Shown here piece after piece: positions 37,979 to 47,683 of a DNA stretch of 64,000 nucleotides. This stretch comes from a virus (lineage: Duplodnaviria > Caudoviricetes). The notes under the pieces were generated by a model. The model was not told the origin of the DNA and ran no database searches. It saw only the letters and a program-made list of their open reading frames with translations. Where the stretch lies: the IMG/VR virus record IMGVR_UViG_3300006133_000004, positions 20,370 to 84,369 of that record. The stretch is one strand, 5' to 3'. The first letter of the stretch is position 1, and each line of letters starts with the position of its first letter. The position numbers were made by a program, and so were the translations under genes.

Positions 37979-38567
37979 ATGTTGTTCAGAAGAAAAAACC
38001 CTGAAAGCAAGGACATCCGCAAATTTGTTGATATTCTGTATCAATTTGAAAAAGAGCATCCCGATGAACTATGTCCTCCTGAGACAGATCCTCAGCTGGT
38101 CGTAAACTGTCTTTGTGATGTGTTTTTGGGAGCAGATTGGTACACCGCCATGCCTATGAACACAAAACAGGTCAACACTATCATTCTTGATAATATTCTC
38201 CGAATGCACAGCAAAGAATTCCGGAAGATGGTGAAAGAGAAACAGAAAGAATGGAGGAACTCGAATGCCTCATGATTTTTCATGGAAACGGATACCCCCA
38301 AGGGTGCAGGAATATTTTGTCGAGCTTTTGGGTTCTAAAAAGGCAAAAGCCCTTACTACGGCTATGAGACGGCGTCAATGGATTGTCATAGGTGGACCTT
38401 CTGGACCCACGGGGAAATCAACTCTCGCCGATGTATTGCGTTCAATCGGCTATACCCGGGTAATCGAGGAATGGGAATCTACATCCATTCAAATTTGCGA
38501 TCCTTTGACGGAACTCCGAGAGAAGAGCGAAATATTTGAATCGCTCGGGATCGACTGGAAATGTTGA
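37979..38567 (+). CDS. Two hypothetical proteins (37979-38275; 38265-38567, the latter with P-loop GPTGKST)
   Basis: ORF track; RBS GAGG and GGAGG. Confidence 0.5.
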
Positions 38568-38784
38568 AATAGGTTTGCCCATCACGTTGCACGGCTTGAT
38601 AACCGCAGTCCTTCATGGCGCGAATTACATCATGCTCTGTAACATAGAACCCTTTATCGTAAAGACGCTCAAATATGCCGTGAATTGTGTATGCACATAC
38701 TTCTTCGTTGATACTTTTGATCGGCGTAAAATTTCTTTCTGCCCAACTGAGAAGAACATTATATTCTTCGTTTGTAAGTTGCAT
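38479..38784 (-). CDS. Antisense-oriented hypothetical protein
   Basis: MQLTNEEY...; RBS GGAGGTG on the minus strand. Confidence 0.55.
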   Translation of the reverse strand: MQLTNEEYNVLLSWAERNFTPIKSINEEVCAYTIHGIFERLYDKGFYVTEHDVIRAMKDCGYQAVQRDGQTYFNISSRSRAIQIFRSSLGVPSKDRKFEWM

Positions 38785-38848
38785 ATTCGACACCTCCAAT
38801 ACCTGGAGAGTATAGCACGTTTTCCAGCAAATTGAAAGGAGAAAAAAC

Positions 38849-39898
38849 ATGGAACTGAAACAATTCTGCAAAGATAACAACATCCCGCTGGAAAAGCTGG
38901 GTGACATCGGTGAGGTGAGCGACGGCTTTCACACCTTTAACTCCCTCTACCACCAGCGGCTGATTCTGTCTGCCGCCCTGGTCAACGCCTTCCCGCATCT
39001 GGCTTGGAAGTCCCACAAGCACCATGATGGTGAGCCCCCATTCGGTGGCGGCTGGTTTGTCGTCGGCATCAATACACCGAAGGGCCAGTACACCTACCAC
39101 TATGAGGATAAGGATTGGGATATTTTCCGCTGCCAGGAGCTGGAGAAGGCCCCTGAGTGGGACAGCCATACCGACAAGGATGTCGAAAGGCTGTTGTCGC
39201 TGACTCCCGATCCGGAAAAGGACACGATGTCCAGCTGGGCCGCTAAGGAAATTGAGCTGGCTATTCAGGCTGAAAAGGAAGCCTCTGATGGTACGGATGA
39301 CTGGAATTATGGTGCTGCGTGTTATAAGAGTGCGTTTCGGGCATTCAACAGCCTGTCCAGTGATGGTCACTCTGGCTTCAGCATCCAGATGACTAAGAGC
39401 ATCCTCAACCGCCTGATTGATGGGCGCTGCCTTACTCCCATCGAGGACACGCCTGATATTTGGACGAATATCTCGGAGATTTTCTCCAAAGGCAGTAAGA
39501 CCAAGCGTTACCAGTGCAAACGGATGTCTTCCCTCTTCAAAGAGGTGGCGGAGGATGGCACCGTGACCATAAGCGACGCCAACCGTGTCTGCGGGGTGAA
39601 TGTGAATAACCCTGATGTGACGTTTACGAATGGATTCCTCACCCGGCTGATCGACAAGATATTTCCGATCACCCTGCCCTACCTCCCGTCCAGCAAAAAG
39701 TTCAAGGTCGTGGTGGATGACTTCCTCGTTGACCCCAAGAACGGCGACTATGACACCATCGGCTATCTCTACTTTACTACGCCGGATGGCAGAAAGGTGG
39801 AGCTGAACCGCTACTTCAAGGAAGTCGACGGCCAGATGGTTCAGATCGAGAAGGCAGAGTTCGATGAGCGGAAGGATAAGCGGGTGGATAAGAAATGA
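38849..39898 (+). CDS. Two-domain phage hypothetical protein
   Basis: SDGFHTFNSLYHQR...WDSH N-domain; GHSGFS...LTPIED C-domain. Confidence 0.7.
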   Translation: MELKQFCKDNNIPLEKLGDIGEVSDGFHTFNSLYHQRLILSAALVNAFPHLAWKSHKHHDGEPPFGGGWFVVGINTPKGQYTYHYEDKDWDIFRCQELEKAPEWDSHTDKDVERLLSLTPDPEKDTMSSWAAKEIELAIQAEKEASDGTDDWNYGAACYKSAFRAFNSLSSDGHSGFSIQMTKSILNRLIDGRCLTPIEDTPDIWTNISEIFSKGSKTKRYQCKRMSSLFKEVAEDGTVTISDANRVCGVNVNNPDVTFTNGFLTRLIDKIFPITLPYLPSSKKFKVVVDDFLVDPKNGDYDTIGYLYFTTPDGRKVELNRYFKEVDGQMVQIEKAEFDERKDKRVDKK

Positions 39899-40248
39899 GA
39901 GTGCTCGACAGCGAGAAAGCCATAGCCCTTCTTGAGAGGGCAAAGAAGCTTCTCCCCGGAAACGATGGAATACTCCCTCAAAAATACCTTTCCAAAGATG
40001 GTATGGATGCGATCATTCAAGGTTTGCGTGAACATACAGTAGACCTTGATATTTTGGCCAACACGATTGGCTTGGCAGGTAAAAAGAAAGATTCCGATAC
40101 CCTTCTGACTGGTTTTGACCATGCGCATGGTGATATTGCTGTTCTCATCATCGGACGTAAGGAATCCGATGGTAAAGTCCAAATCGTCAATCAGTTCCAA
40201 GGCAAGGAGGCCGAGGAGTTGTATGAAAGGTTGGTGGAGAAGAAATGA
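39895..40248 (+). CDS. Hypothetical protein
   Basis: ATGA overlap. Confidence 0.55.
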   Translation: MRVLDSEKAIALLERAKKLLPGNDGILPQKYLSKDGMDAIIQGLREHTVDLDILANTIGLAGKKKDSDTLLTGFDHAHGDIAVLIIGRKESDGKVQIVNQFQGKEAEELYERLVEKK

Positions 40249-40278
40249 GCTTTATTCACCTTTGGAAAGCTGAGTAAG

Positions 40279-40605
40279 TTGCCTTCCAATGTCGTTCCTA
40301 TCTCCATATGTGGCAAAGCACCTGACTGGTACACGGGGTTACAGTATAAAAAGCTGGCCCCAAAGTACCAGTTTTTCATGGAATGGAAACGGACGCATGA
40401 CAACGCCTATTACGTTGAGCACTTCGAGCAAGAGGTGTTGGTGCAACTGAATGCCGACACGGTGTTTAAGGAGCTCTCGGCGTTGTCGGGCGGGCAAACC
40501 TTTGCTCTGATCTGCTACGAACGGCCAAGCGACTTCTGTCACCGACATCTCGTGGCGGAGTGGTTCTGTAAGAACGGCTACCGCTGCGAAGAAATTGATA
40601 TTTGA
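40279..40605 (+). CDS. DUF488-like protein
   Basis: KLAPKY...ALICYERPSDFCHRHLVAEW. Confidence 0.7.
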   Translation: MPSNVVPISICGKAPDWYTGLQYKKLAPKYQFFMEWKRTHDNAYYVEHFEQEVLVQLNADTVFKELSALSGGQTFALICYERPSDFCHRHLVAEWFCKNGYRCEEIDI

Positions 40606-40617
40606 AAGGAGAAATCA

Positions 40618-41007
40618 ATGCATACGTTGGATGAACTGATTGCGGCTGGATATTCCATCCAAAACGCCAAGATCACGAATGTTTCGCTCAATATGGAAGA
40701 CTACGGATGCCTGACGCTCGCTATGACCCTGGAAGGCGGCGGTTGGGGCGTTGTTTATGGTGGCTATTGCCTGGGTAAGGGCTACCTTGGCGCAGAAGAG
40801 TTTGAAGGCTCTGCCAGGGGGATGGAAGCTATCATGCGGATCATGAACACAGTCGGTGTATCTGACCTTCTCAAAATGAAGGATAAGTATGTCAGGGTGG
40901 CCACCAAGGGCCTGGGCTCTACGGTGAAGATCATCGGCAACATCATCAATGATATTTGGTTCGACTACGAAGCCTTCTTCAATGAGAACGGGGGGGGGAG
41001 GCAATGA
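40618..41007 (+). CDS. Hypothetical protein
   Basis: RBS GAAAGGAG. Confidence 0.65.
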   Translation: MHTLDELIAAGYSIQNAKITNVSLNMEDYGCLTLAMTLEGGGWGVVYGGYCLGKGYLGAEEFEGSARGMEAIMRIMNTVGVSDLLKMKDKYVRVATKGLGSTVKIIGNIINDIWFDYEAFFNENGGGRQ

Positions 41008-41528
41008 GGCCAAAAATCATCGCCGTTGACTTTGACGGCACATTGATTGAGGAAGGTAAGTGGCCTGGAATCGGGGCTACGAACGAAAAAGTCCTCAACT
41101 ACTGCAAAGATGAACAGGCAAAGGGCGCCCGCATAATTCTCTGGACGAACCGTGTTGGCGAGCCTCTCGAAACTGCGGTCAAGTGGTGCGAGAAACACGG
41201 CCTGCGGCTGGACGCGGTCAATGACAATGTCCCCGAGGCTGTCGAGTTCTTCGGAACGAATACCCGGAAAATCTATGCGGACGAGTTCATTGATGACCGA
41301 ATGACTCAGGGTTTCAATCTCCCCTATTATGGTGAGCCCAAAATCAAGGAGCTGACAGATGAGGAGCTCATTGTTCTCTATCGAGAGAAATATTTCGATG
41401 AGCATGATCCCATCATTAACTACTGGCCGCATGAAACCATCCCTCACACTATTGTGGTGGAGCACCATAGCGGGTTTGAGAGGACATTCAATGTCTTTGA
41501 GTATCCTGTGGGTAAGAGGGATCAGTGA
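41004..41528 (+). CDS. HAD-family phosphatase (polynucleotide 3'-phosphatase-like)
   Basis: IIAVDFDGT, LWTNR, KIYADEFIDD. Confidence 0.75.
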   Translation: MRPKIIAVDFDGTLIEEGKWPGIGATNEKVLNYCKDEQAKGARIILWTNRVGEPLETAVKWCEKHGLRLDAVNDNVPEAVEFFGTNTRKIYADEFIDDRMTQGFNLPYYGEPKIKELTDEELIVLYREKYFDEHDPIINYWPHETIPHTIVVEHHSGFERTFNVFEYPVGKRDQ

Positions 41529-41959
41529 TGTGTGAATTCTGTATGCGTCATGCAGGAAATGGGCAAGAGTGCGGAAAGGACTACACGATTCACCCCTGTG
41601 CGAATGGCGATCTTGGGGTTCGAGCAGAGTACATTGATGGCGGAATTGTCCTGTTCAAAGACCATAACATGGCCAGTGGATATTTTGACATCAACTACTG
41701 CCCTATCTGCGGACGACGGATTGCCAAGGAGACTGATTCTGAACCGGTTCCTGTCCAGAAAGTTCTTGAAGATATGTATAACCCTGATGGCGGACTTGTA
41801 GCATTAGCTGCCAGGGATTACTACTATCAGAACTATGCCAATGAGAAAGAGCGTAAAAGCATGGATCGAGAAGACAAGATTCAAACAGCGGTCGCAATTA
41901 TATTCATGATCGTCTTCTGGACAGCCGTCGGTTTTGCTGTCATAAAATCGTTCATCTAA
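41525..41959 (+). CDS. Hypothetical protein (Zn site, C-terminal TM)
   Basis: CEFC...YCPICG. Confidence 0.5.
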   Translation: MMCEFCMRHAGNGQECGKDYTIHPCANGDLGVRAEYIDGGIVLFKDHNMASGYFDINYCPICGRRIAKETDSEPVPVQKVLEDMYNPDGGLVALAARDYYYQNYANEKERKSMDREDKIQTAVAIIFMIVFWTAVGFAVIKSFI

Positions 41960-41961
41960 AG

Positions 41962-42123
41962 CATATGCGGTGGTGGAATAGGTAGACACTAATGTCAGAT
42001 AGGATGGCCTATCGGTTCGATTCCGACGGCTCTTAACCACGGTGAAATAGCCGACAGAGCAGGGGCTGATTTGGTACAAGGGAGTGGACGTCTATGCAAG
42101 GTGCAAATCCTTGCCCGCATATG
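41962..42123 (+). ncRNA. tRNA-like RNA with an insertion of about 100 nt in place of the anticodon arm
   Basis: catatgcgg/ccgcatatg acceptor-like stem; Leu-type D-arm TGGTGGAATAGGTAGACAC; T-arm caagg-TGCAAAT-ccttg; internal second T-arm tcgg-TTCGATT-ccga. Confidence 0.65.
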
Positions 42124-42151
42124 TATGATATTTTGAAAGGAGAACTTCCAA

Positions 42152-42412
42152 ATGAAGAAAAAGCTGTTTGCGGCCATCCTCGCTCTGGGGATGGCCCTTT
42201 CTCTGGCCGGATGTGGAAACCGCCAGATGATCGATCTCACCTATAACTACAAATACGCCATCATCAACTTGCTCAACGGCGAAATCATCGAGGGTAAGGT
42301 TGAGTCCTGGCGGGACTATGAGGACGGCGACCAGATTCAGGTTACTGTTGACGGTGTGACCTATCTTGTTCATGCCGCAGATGCTGTCCTGATGACGGAG
42401 GAGCCGAAGTGA
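42152..42412 (+). CDS. Lipoprotein
   Basis: Lipobox SLAGC after the signal peptide. Confidence 0.7.
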   Translation: MKKKLFAAILALGMALSLAGCGNRQMIDLTYNYKYAIINLLNGEIIEGKVESWRDYEDGDQIQVTVDGVTYLVHAADAVLMTEEPK

Positions 42413-42904
42413 TGGACAAAAACCAGCTCAAAGAGTTCATGAACGCCATTGGGGCCGTCGCTGAAACCACATTGATATTTTACCGGAGCATCATTAAGGC
42501 CGGTGGAACTCAAGAAGAAGCTACGCGGCTGACTCAGGCACTCATTGCCGCAACTATCTTTGGAGACAAGCACGGCCAAGAGAATGGGGGGGGGGTAACG
42601 AATGAATATGACCGTCGAATGGAATACCCGGCTTTGCACAGTCAAAGGCGAAACTGGATATTTTCATACCTGGGAGCACTATTCAAAACCCCTCCCGGCA
42701 AGCCCACTTATTGGCGGAGAACCTGCTGGGCTGTTTAGCCAGATCTTCGGCATCGTAGAGTTCAAAGATGGTGTCCGGCGAGTAGATCCGACGACCATTA
42801 TATTCTGCCCGGCCGGATATTGTGTGCAAGTTGATTACAACAAACTGGCAACAGCAATCCATGAGGCCGGTTATAGAAAGGAGAAAACACATGATCCTGA
42901 TTGA
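42409..42904 (+). CDS. Two hypothetical proteins (42409 to about 42598; 42602-42904); G10 tract 42586-42595 removes the natural stop of the first
   Basis: G9 would read NGGG*; second ORF starts MNMTVEW. Confidence 0.45.
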
Positions 42905-43877
42905 GAAAACCCAAATCACGGGCCTGGAGCCCACCATCCGCGGAATGCGGAACCCGATGAACTCCTGGGCTAAGTCAGATAGTATCTTTGCGGAAATTGG
43001 CCGCGATGATACCCATGATCTCGTTGGGAATTTTGTCGGCATGGGGCCGTTGGACAAAAGCGATGTAGACATCGGCCCCAATGACCTCGACCTGATGCTG
43101 CGGCTGGCCAGGGTCGGCTCGGTGGACGGCAAGTTCCGCCGGATGATCGCAGTGTACGTCGACATCACCGCCCCGCTCTACTGGTGGAAGGAGTTCGACA
43201 CCTATAAGGTGGGTACGGTCGCCAACTCCTGCTCCACCATGCACAAGATTCATGCCAAAGAGTTTACGCTGGACGATTTTAGTCATGAGCATCTGCGTGG
43301 CGAGGGAATTGTCCCGGATCACGATTATCAGAACGGCCATGATATCCTGTGTCTCACAATCGACTGCCTCAATTACTGGCGAGAGCAGTATCTTGAGCTC
43401 TCAAAAATTGATGATACAGTTTGGAAGGCCGCTCCGAAGTCCAAGGGCTTAACTGATGAATCACTTGCCACTGCTAAGAAAGAATGCTGGTGGCAGATGA
43501 TTCAGCTTCTCCCCTCCAGTTACAATCAGAGGCGGACGGTCATGCTGAACTACGAGGTCCTGTCCAACATCTACCAGCACCGGCGGAACCACAAGCTGAA
43601 CGAGTGGCGGGAGCTCTGCAAGTGGATTGAGGGCCTGCCGTACAGCGAGGTCATCACCTGCAATGCAGCCAAGCAGGAAGAAGACAGTTCCATTGTGGCC
43701 GCCATTACAAAGCTGAAGAACGAACAGTGGAGTACGGAGGACATTGTGGCACTTCTCCTTGGTCAGACTAAGAAAGAGTACATGAAACTCTTTTCTGACG
43801 ATACGGATAAAATGCCTGTTCATGGAGGAGCTTTTGAGATTCCTGCTGTTATGGCTGATAATACCAAAAACGATTAA
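42891..43877 (+). CDS. Conserved phage protein, possibly ThyX-related
   Basis: RGMRNPMNSW...DITAPLYWWKEFDTYK...STMH...LPSSYNQRRT. Confidence 0.45.
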   Translation: MILIEKTQITGLEPTIRGMRNPMNSWAKSDSIFAEIGRDDTHDLVGNFVGMGPLDKSDVDIGPNDLDLMLRLARVGSVDGKFRRMIAVYVDITAPLYWWKEFDTYKVGTVANSCSTMHKIHAKEFTLDDFSHEHLRGEGIVPDHDYQNGHDILCLTIDCLNYWREQYLELSKIDDTVWKAAPKSKGLTDESLATAKKECWWQMIQLLPSSYNQRRTVMLNYEVLSNIYQHRRNHKLNEWRELCKWIEGLPYSEVITCNAAKQEEDSSIVAAITKLKNEQWSTEDIVALLLGQTKKEYMKLFSDDTDKMPVHGGAFEIPAVMADNTKND

Positions 43878-43880
43878 GCC

Positions 43881-45209
43881 ATGAGCGACAAACCCAATAA
43901 AAAGATATTTGGAAGGTTAGCCCCGTGGAAACCGATACCTCTCCCTACCGGGCCAGCGTTTCTTCAACTTCCCCAACCGGCATCGCCCAAAGCTCTCAAA
44001 CCAGCACCTGCTCCCGGTGACCACCACCGTGAAACATTTGAGCCTATTATCTCCAGAACCATAGAGATGGACAAGTTTACAGCAGAAGTCATACTTCGGT
44101 ATCGCGACCTTGATGGAGAGCGTGAGATCAGAACCTGCCCCGGTGATATTTACAAAATCGTCAACGTGTTCATGGACTATGCCAGATTGTTGGAGTTAGT
44201 CTGTGACGAGTGGGGTTTGGATGCTTACCATCGGGCCGTCAACGAGGTAACTGCTGACAAGTTGCGTTCCATTGCGAAGAAGTACCAAACAGCCATTGGA
44301 TACGACTATGACGAGGCCGTGGCGAAGTGCGAGGCGAAGAAGAAAAGGAAGCCGAAGGACGACGATGTCGGTGGGGATGCTTTGGAGTTAGCAATGAAAC
44401 GCGGAAAGCGATCACCCAAGAAAAAGGAGAAGTAAGCCATGGACAAATTCATTATGACGGTAGTCGTCATTTTGCTGGTGTACTTATGTGTCTATGCGAT
44501 TGTCAATCGTATCTGTAAGTGCATCGAGCACCACACGGAATACAAATACCCCTCTTGGAGCGAGTTTCCCCATACAAACTCCAATGATGAATGCTGCCGA
44601 AGGAAGGAGGATAACTGAAGTGTGTGGCGTAAAAGAGACTCAATGCACTCACTGCAACCACCTCCAGATCTGTTCCTTTAAGGCGCAGTTTCTTGCGGCA
44701 CAAAAAGCAGTCGATGAGGTTACGGTCAGCACGGTGGATCGTTCCTTCATCAGCCTCCGTGATATTTCGTGGATTCGACCTGTCAGCCTGGAATGCTCCT
44801 ATTTCTCAGGAAAGATGCCGGTCATGAGGGATGTTGCCCAAAGTGCGACTTTGGCTGCGGAACGGGCATCGGCTCTGAGATTCATGGATGACCCGACATG
44901 ACTAAACAAGAAAAAATCGTTGTCTCGGCGTATACCGGCGTTTTAATGTGCGATTTTGACGATCTGCACGAATACATCGAGGACAAACTTGGAAGGTCGG
45001 TATGGACACACGAGCTGGCTTCGGAGGCTGTCTCTGCGGAAATCAAAGAGAAATCTAAAGCCGACTTCCTTGCAATCTGTCAGCGGGAATCCGATGATCT
45101 GATAAGCCGGTCAGCTCTTCTGAAAGAGGTCGGTGATCCTGATGATGGAATGGTTTGGCCATCGAAACGCGGAATCGTCGATTTAATCATGAAAACTCCT
45201 GCTGTATGA
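43881..45209 (+). CDS. Four hypothetical proteins (43881-44435, 44439-44618, 44620-44901, 44898-45209)
   Basis: Tightly packed ORFs with RBS or overlaps. Confidence 0.5.
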
Positions 45210-45210
45210 A

Positions 45211-45239
45211 TTGATATTTCTCTGGCCCTATGCTACAAT
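45211..45239 (+). promoter_or_regulatory. Sigma70-type promoter
   Basis: TTGATA-17 bp-TACAAT with extended TG. Confidence 0.6.
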
Positions 45240-45309
45240 GACCTTATACACATTCAAGGAGGTGTTAAGGTCATGGCCGAGGAAATCAAAAGTGGAACTC
45301 AGTCTTCTG

Positions 45310-45336
45310 CGCAGAAAAAGCAACCCCCTTTATGGA
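45310..45336 (+). promoter_or_regulatory. Phage motif copy 23
   Basis: cgcagaaaaagcaaccccttttatgga. Confidence 0.7.
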
Positions 45337-45350
45337 AGGGGGTGAGTGAC

Positions 45351-45515
45351 ATGACTGATAAGGAACAGACCAACATGCTTATCGACATTTACACCAATTT
45401 GCAGCGCATCAAATCTGCGGCCGATCGGGACAAGGAGATCGACTACCAGATTAAAGCCGCAAAGGCGAAGTTGGAAGCAAGCGGGATTGTAACCGAAAAT
45501 CTGGACATTCACTGA
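45351..45515 (+). CDS. Small hypothetical protein
   Basis: MTDKEQTNMLIDIYTNLQRIK...; followed by a GAAA-loop terminator. Confidence 0.55.
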   Translation: MTDKEQTNMLIDIYTNLQRIKSAADRDKEIDYQIKAAKAKLEASGIVTENLDIH

Positions 45516-45588
45516 TTCCAAACCGGGAGAGGGCCTACGGAAACGTGGGCTCTCTTCTTTTATATTTTGGGTGGAAAGGAGGGTAAAA

Positions 45589-46200
45589 ATGAACATATTT
45601 GAGGCTGAAGCCGAACACTTCGAGAGAACTATGCGGGATATTCTTCTCAACTATAAAGATGACGAAGAGGCTTGCCATTCAAGAATGGATGATCTCATGT
45701 GTGAAACGCTCGAAAAATTTGGGTGTCATGAGGGCGTGAAGATTTTCCGGGAAGCACCTAAATACTACTCTTAAAAAACGGAGGTACATCAAAATGCGTA
45801 AGTTTCTCAGGAACATGGCGAAGGCCAAGATGAAGGAGATGGGCTACTCCAAGATCAACAAGCGGATGGATCGGGGCCGCTGGCGTGAGATCGTCGGCGC
45901 CTATCCGGTGAACCTCTTTACCGGCAAGAAGATGTCCATGAACTTCCGCGGCCGGAAGAAGAACAAGCCCGGCTCCTACAGCTCCCTCTTCGCGTACTGA
46001 TGGGGAGCCCCTTCCAAGCGGCCAAAGACGAAATCGTATGGGTTCGGGGCTGTAACTCCGATGGAACCCTGCGATACGTCATCACCAGCAACAAAACCAG
46101 AGATCGCTATTTCCTCTACGGCCTTGAAAGAGGTAAGTGGGAGAAGATAGCCAAGGCCCGGTCCCCGATCGCTTTCGAGGGCCGGGTCAAATTATATTAG
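45589..46200 (+). CDS. Three small hypothetical proteins (45589-45774, 45794-46000, 46000-46200)
   Basis: RBS present; ORF track. Confidence 0.5.
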
Positions 46201-46212
46201 GAGGAATGCAGC

Positions 46213-46593
46213 ATGACCAAAGAAGAGCAGGTCATTGAGACCATCGGAAAAGGGCCCGGAATGAGCCCGAACGAGTATCAGCGGCTGGCGCTCCGGACGG
46301 CATCCGATGAATCCATGAAAGATCCTCTGCTGAACGGTTTGCTGGGCCTTGGGGGTGAAACTGGCGAGTGCCAGGATCTCTACAAGAAGCACCGTTTCCA
46401 GGGCCATGAGCTCGACAAAGCTAAGATGGCCAAGGAGCTGGGCGACGTGTCCTGGTATTTGGCGCTCACGGCCTATGCCATCGGCTACAACCTGGAGGAT
46501 ATTTTCAAGATGAACATCGAGAAGCTCCGGACCAGGTATCCGGATGGCTTCAATGCTGACCACAGCCTCCACCGGCAGCCCGGGGATATTTAG
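46213..46593 (+). CDS. MazG-like NTP pyrophosphohydrolase
   Basis: GLLGLGGETGEC...KELGDVSWY...MNIEKLRTRY. Confidence 0.85.
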   Translation: MTKEEQVIETIGKGPGMSPNEYQRLALRTASDESMKDPLLNGLLGLGGETGECQDLYKKHRFQGHELDKAKMAKELGDVSWYLALTAYAIGYNLEDIFKMNIEKLRTRYPDGFNADHSLHRQPGDI

Positions 46594-46604
46594 GAGCGGC
46601 GGTC

Positions 46605-46897
46605 ATGGAGTACCACGAACAGCTCGTTGAGTTCGACCAATACTGTAAGACCTGCCAGCATGAGAAGCTTGCGGAATCGGACTCGCCCTGTGACGAGTGC
46701 CTGGAGCACCCGGTAAATTGGGAAACCAACAAACCATACTGCTACAAACCAATTTCTTAGGAAAGGAGAGTTGACTTATGCTGGAGAAACCCGAAATCAT
46801 GGTGTCGTGCGAGGACCCCAACACCACCTATCTCTGCTACCGCGACATGCGCTTCATCTTCCGGGGCGGCGAGTACGCTGGCTGGTATCGGCCGTAA
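46605..46897 (+). CDS. Two small proteins (46605-46760 Cys-rich; 46778-46897)
   Basis: YCKTC...PCDEC; RBS GAAAGGAG. Confidence 0.5.
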
Positions 46898-46976
46898 ATC
46901 AACAAAAAAAAGAGAGCCTGTAAAGATGCAGACTCTCTTTGGTCCTTTATGAGGCCACTGTGCCGAAACTTTAAGT

Positions 46977-47189
46977 TCAATTTGGCTGGTGACTGACTGA
47001 AGCCGAAGATACACTTTTCAAATGGAATTCGCCATAAGACAAGTCTGTATCCCGGTTATATTTTGCATTGGCGTAAACAGTTACGCAATAACACATCCCG
47101 ATCACGAGAATCGCGGTGACGGCAATCATGGGATTCCCGAGGTCAAGGGTTGATTGTTGGGTGACAGGAATTGCTGAGGCATTAGTCAT
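46977..47189 (-). CDS. Small membrane protein (antisense moron)
   Basis: RBS GGAGG; TM IAVTAILVIGMCYCVTVY. Confidence 0.55.
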   Translation of the reverse strand: MTNASAIPVTQQSTLDLGNPMIAVTAILVIGMCYCVTVYANAKYNRDTDLSYGEFHLKSVSSASVSHQPN

Positions 47190-47233
47190 GGTCGAAAACC
47201 TCCTTATCAGGCTTCGACACAATGGCCTCCTTT

Positions 47234-47262
47234 ATATTACCATGAACCTTTTGAATTTGCAA
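47234..47262 (-). promoter_or_regulatory. Sigma70-type promoter for the antisense moron
   Basis: Minus strand TTGCAA-17 bp-TAATAT with extended TG. Confidence 0.6.
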
Positions 47263-47349
47263 GATATGTAAAAAATCAAATTCTCTACAAATGCAACAGA
47301 GCACTCGAACGTTATCACAAAAATGGAGAAGTTTAAGGGGATTTTATAA

Positions 47350-47673
47350 ATGACTGAAAAAGTTATGCGACACAAGGAGCTCTGTGATGGGCTGAATACC
47401 TTGTACGCTCGCAAGAACCACGACTATGGCGACAGCTTCCACCAGACCTTCATCGAAGAGGGGCTGGCTATGGCCCGTATCCGCCTGGGGGACAAGTTCT
47501 CCCGCTTCAAGACCCTGTCCCGCATCTCGCCAACCGACAGCACTCAGCAGCAGGTTACGGATGAGTCCATTCGGGACACGCTGCTCGATCTGGCAAACTA
47601 CGCTATCATGACCGTGCTGGAGCTGGATGAGGCAGAGAAAAAGGCTGCCGCTCCGGACTATGATATTTCGTGA
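47350..47673 (+). CDS. DUF1599 / nucleotide-modification-associated domain protein
   Basis: KNHDYGDSF...RLGDKFSR...DTLLDLANYAIM. Confidence 0.75.
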   Translation: MTEKVMRHKELCDGLNTLYARKNHDYGDSFHQTFIEEGLAMARIRLGDKFSRFKTLSRISPTDSTQQQVTDESIRDTLLDLANYAIMTVLELDEAEKKAAAPDYDIS

Positions 47674-47683
47674 GGCATAAATC

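Noticed and set aside
42062-42075. GGGGCTGATT resembling the tmRNA 5' end
   Set aside because: No matching tmRNA 3' acceptor end, no tag ORF and far too short
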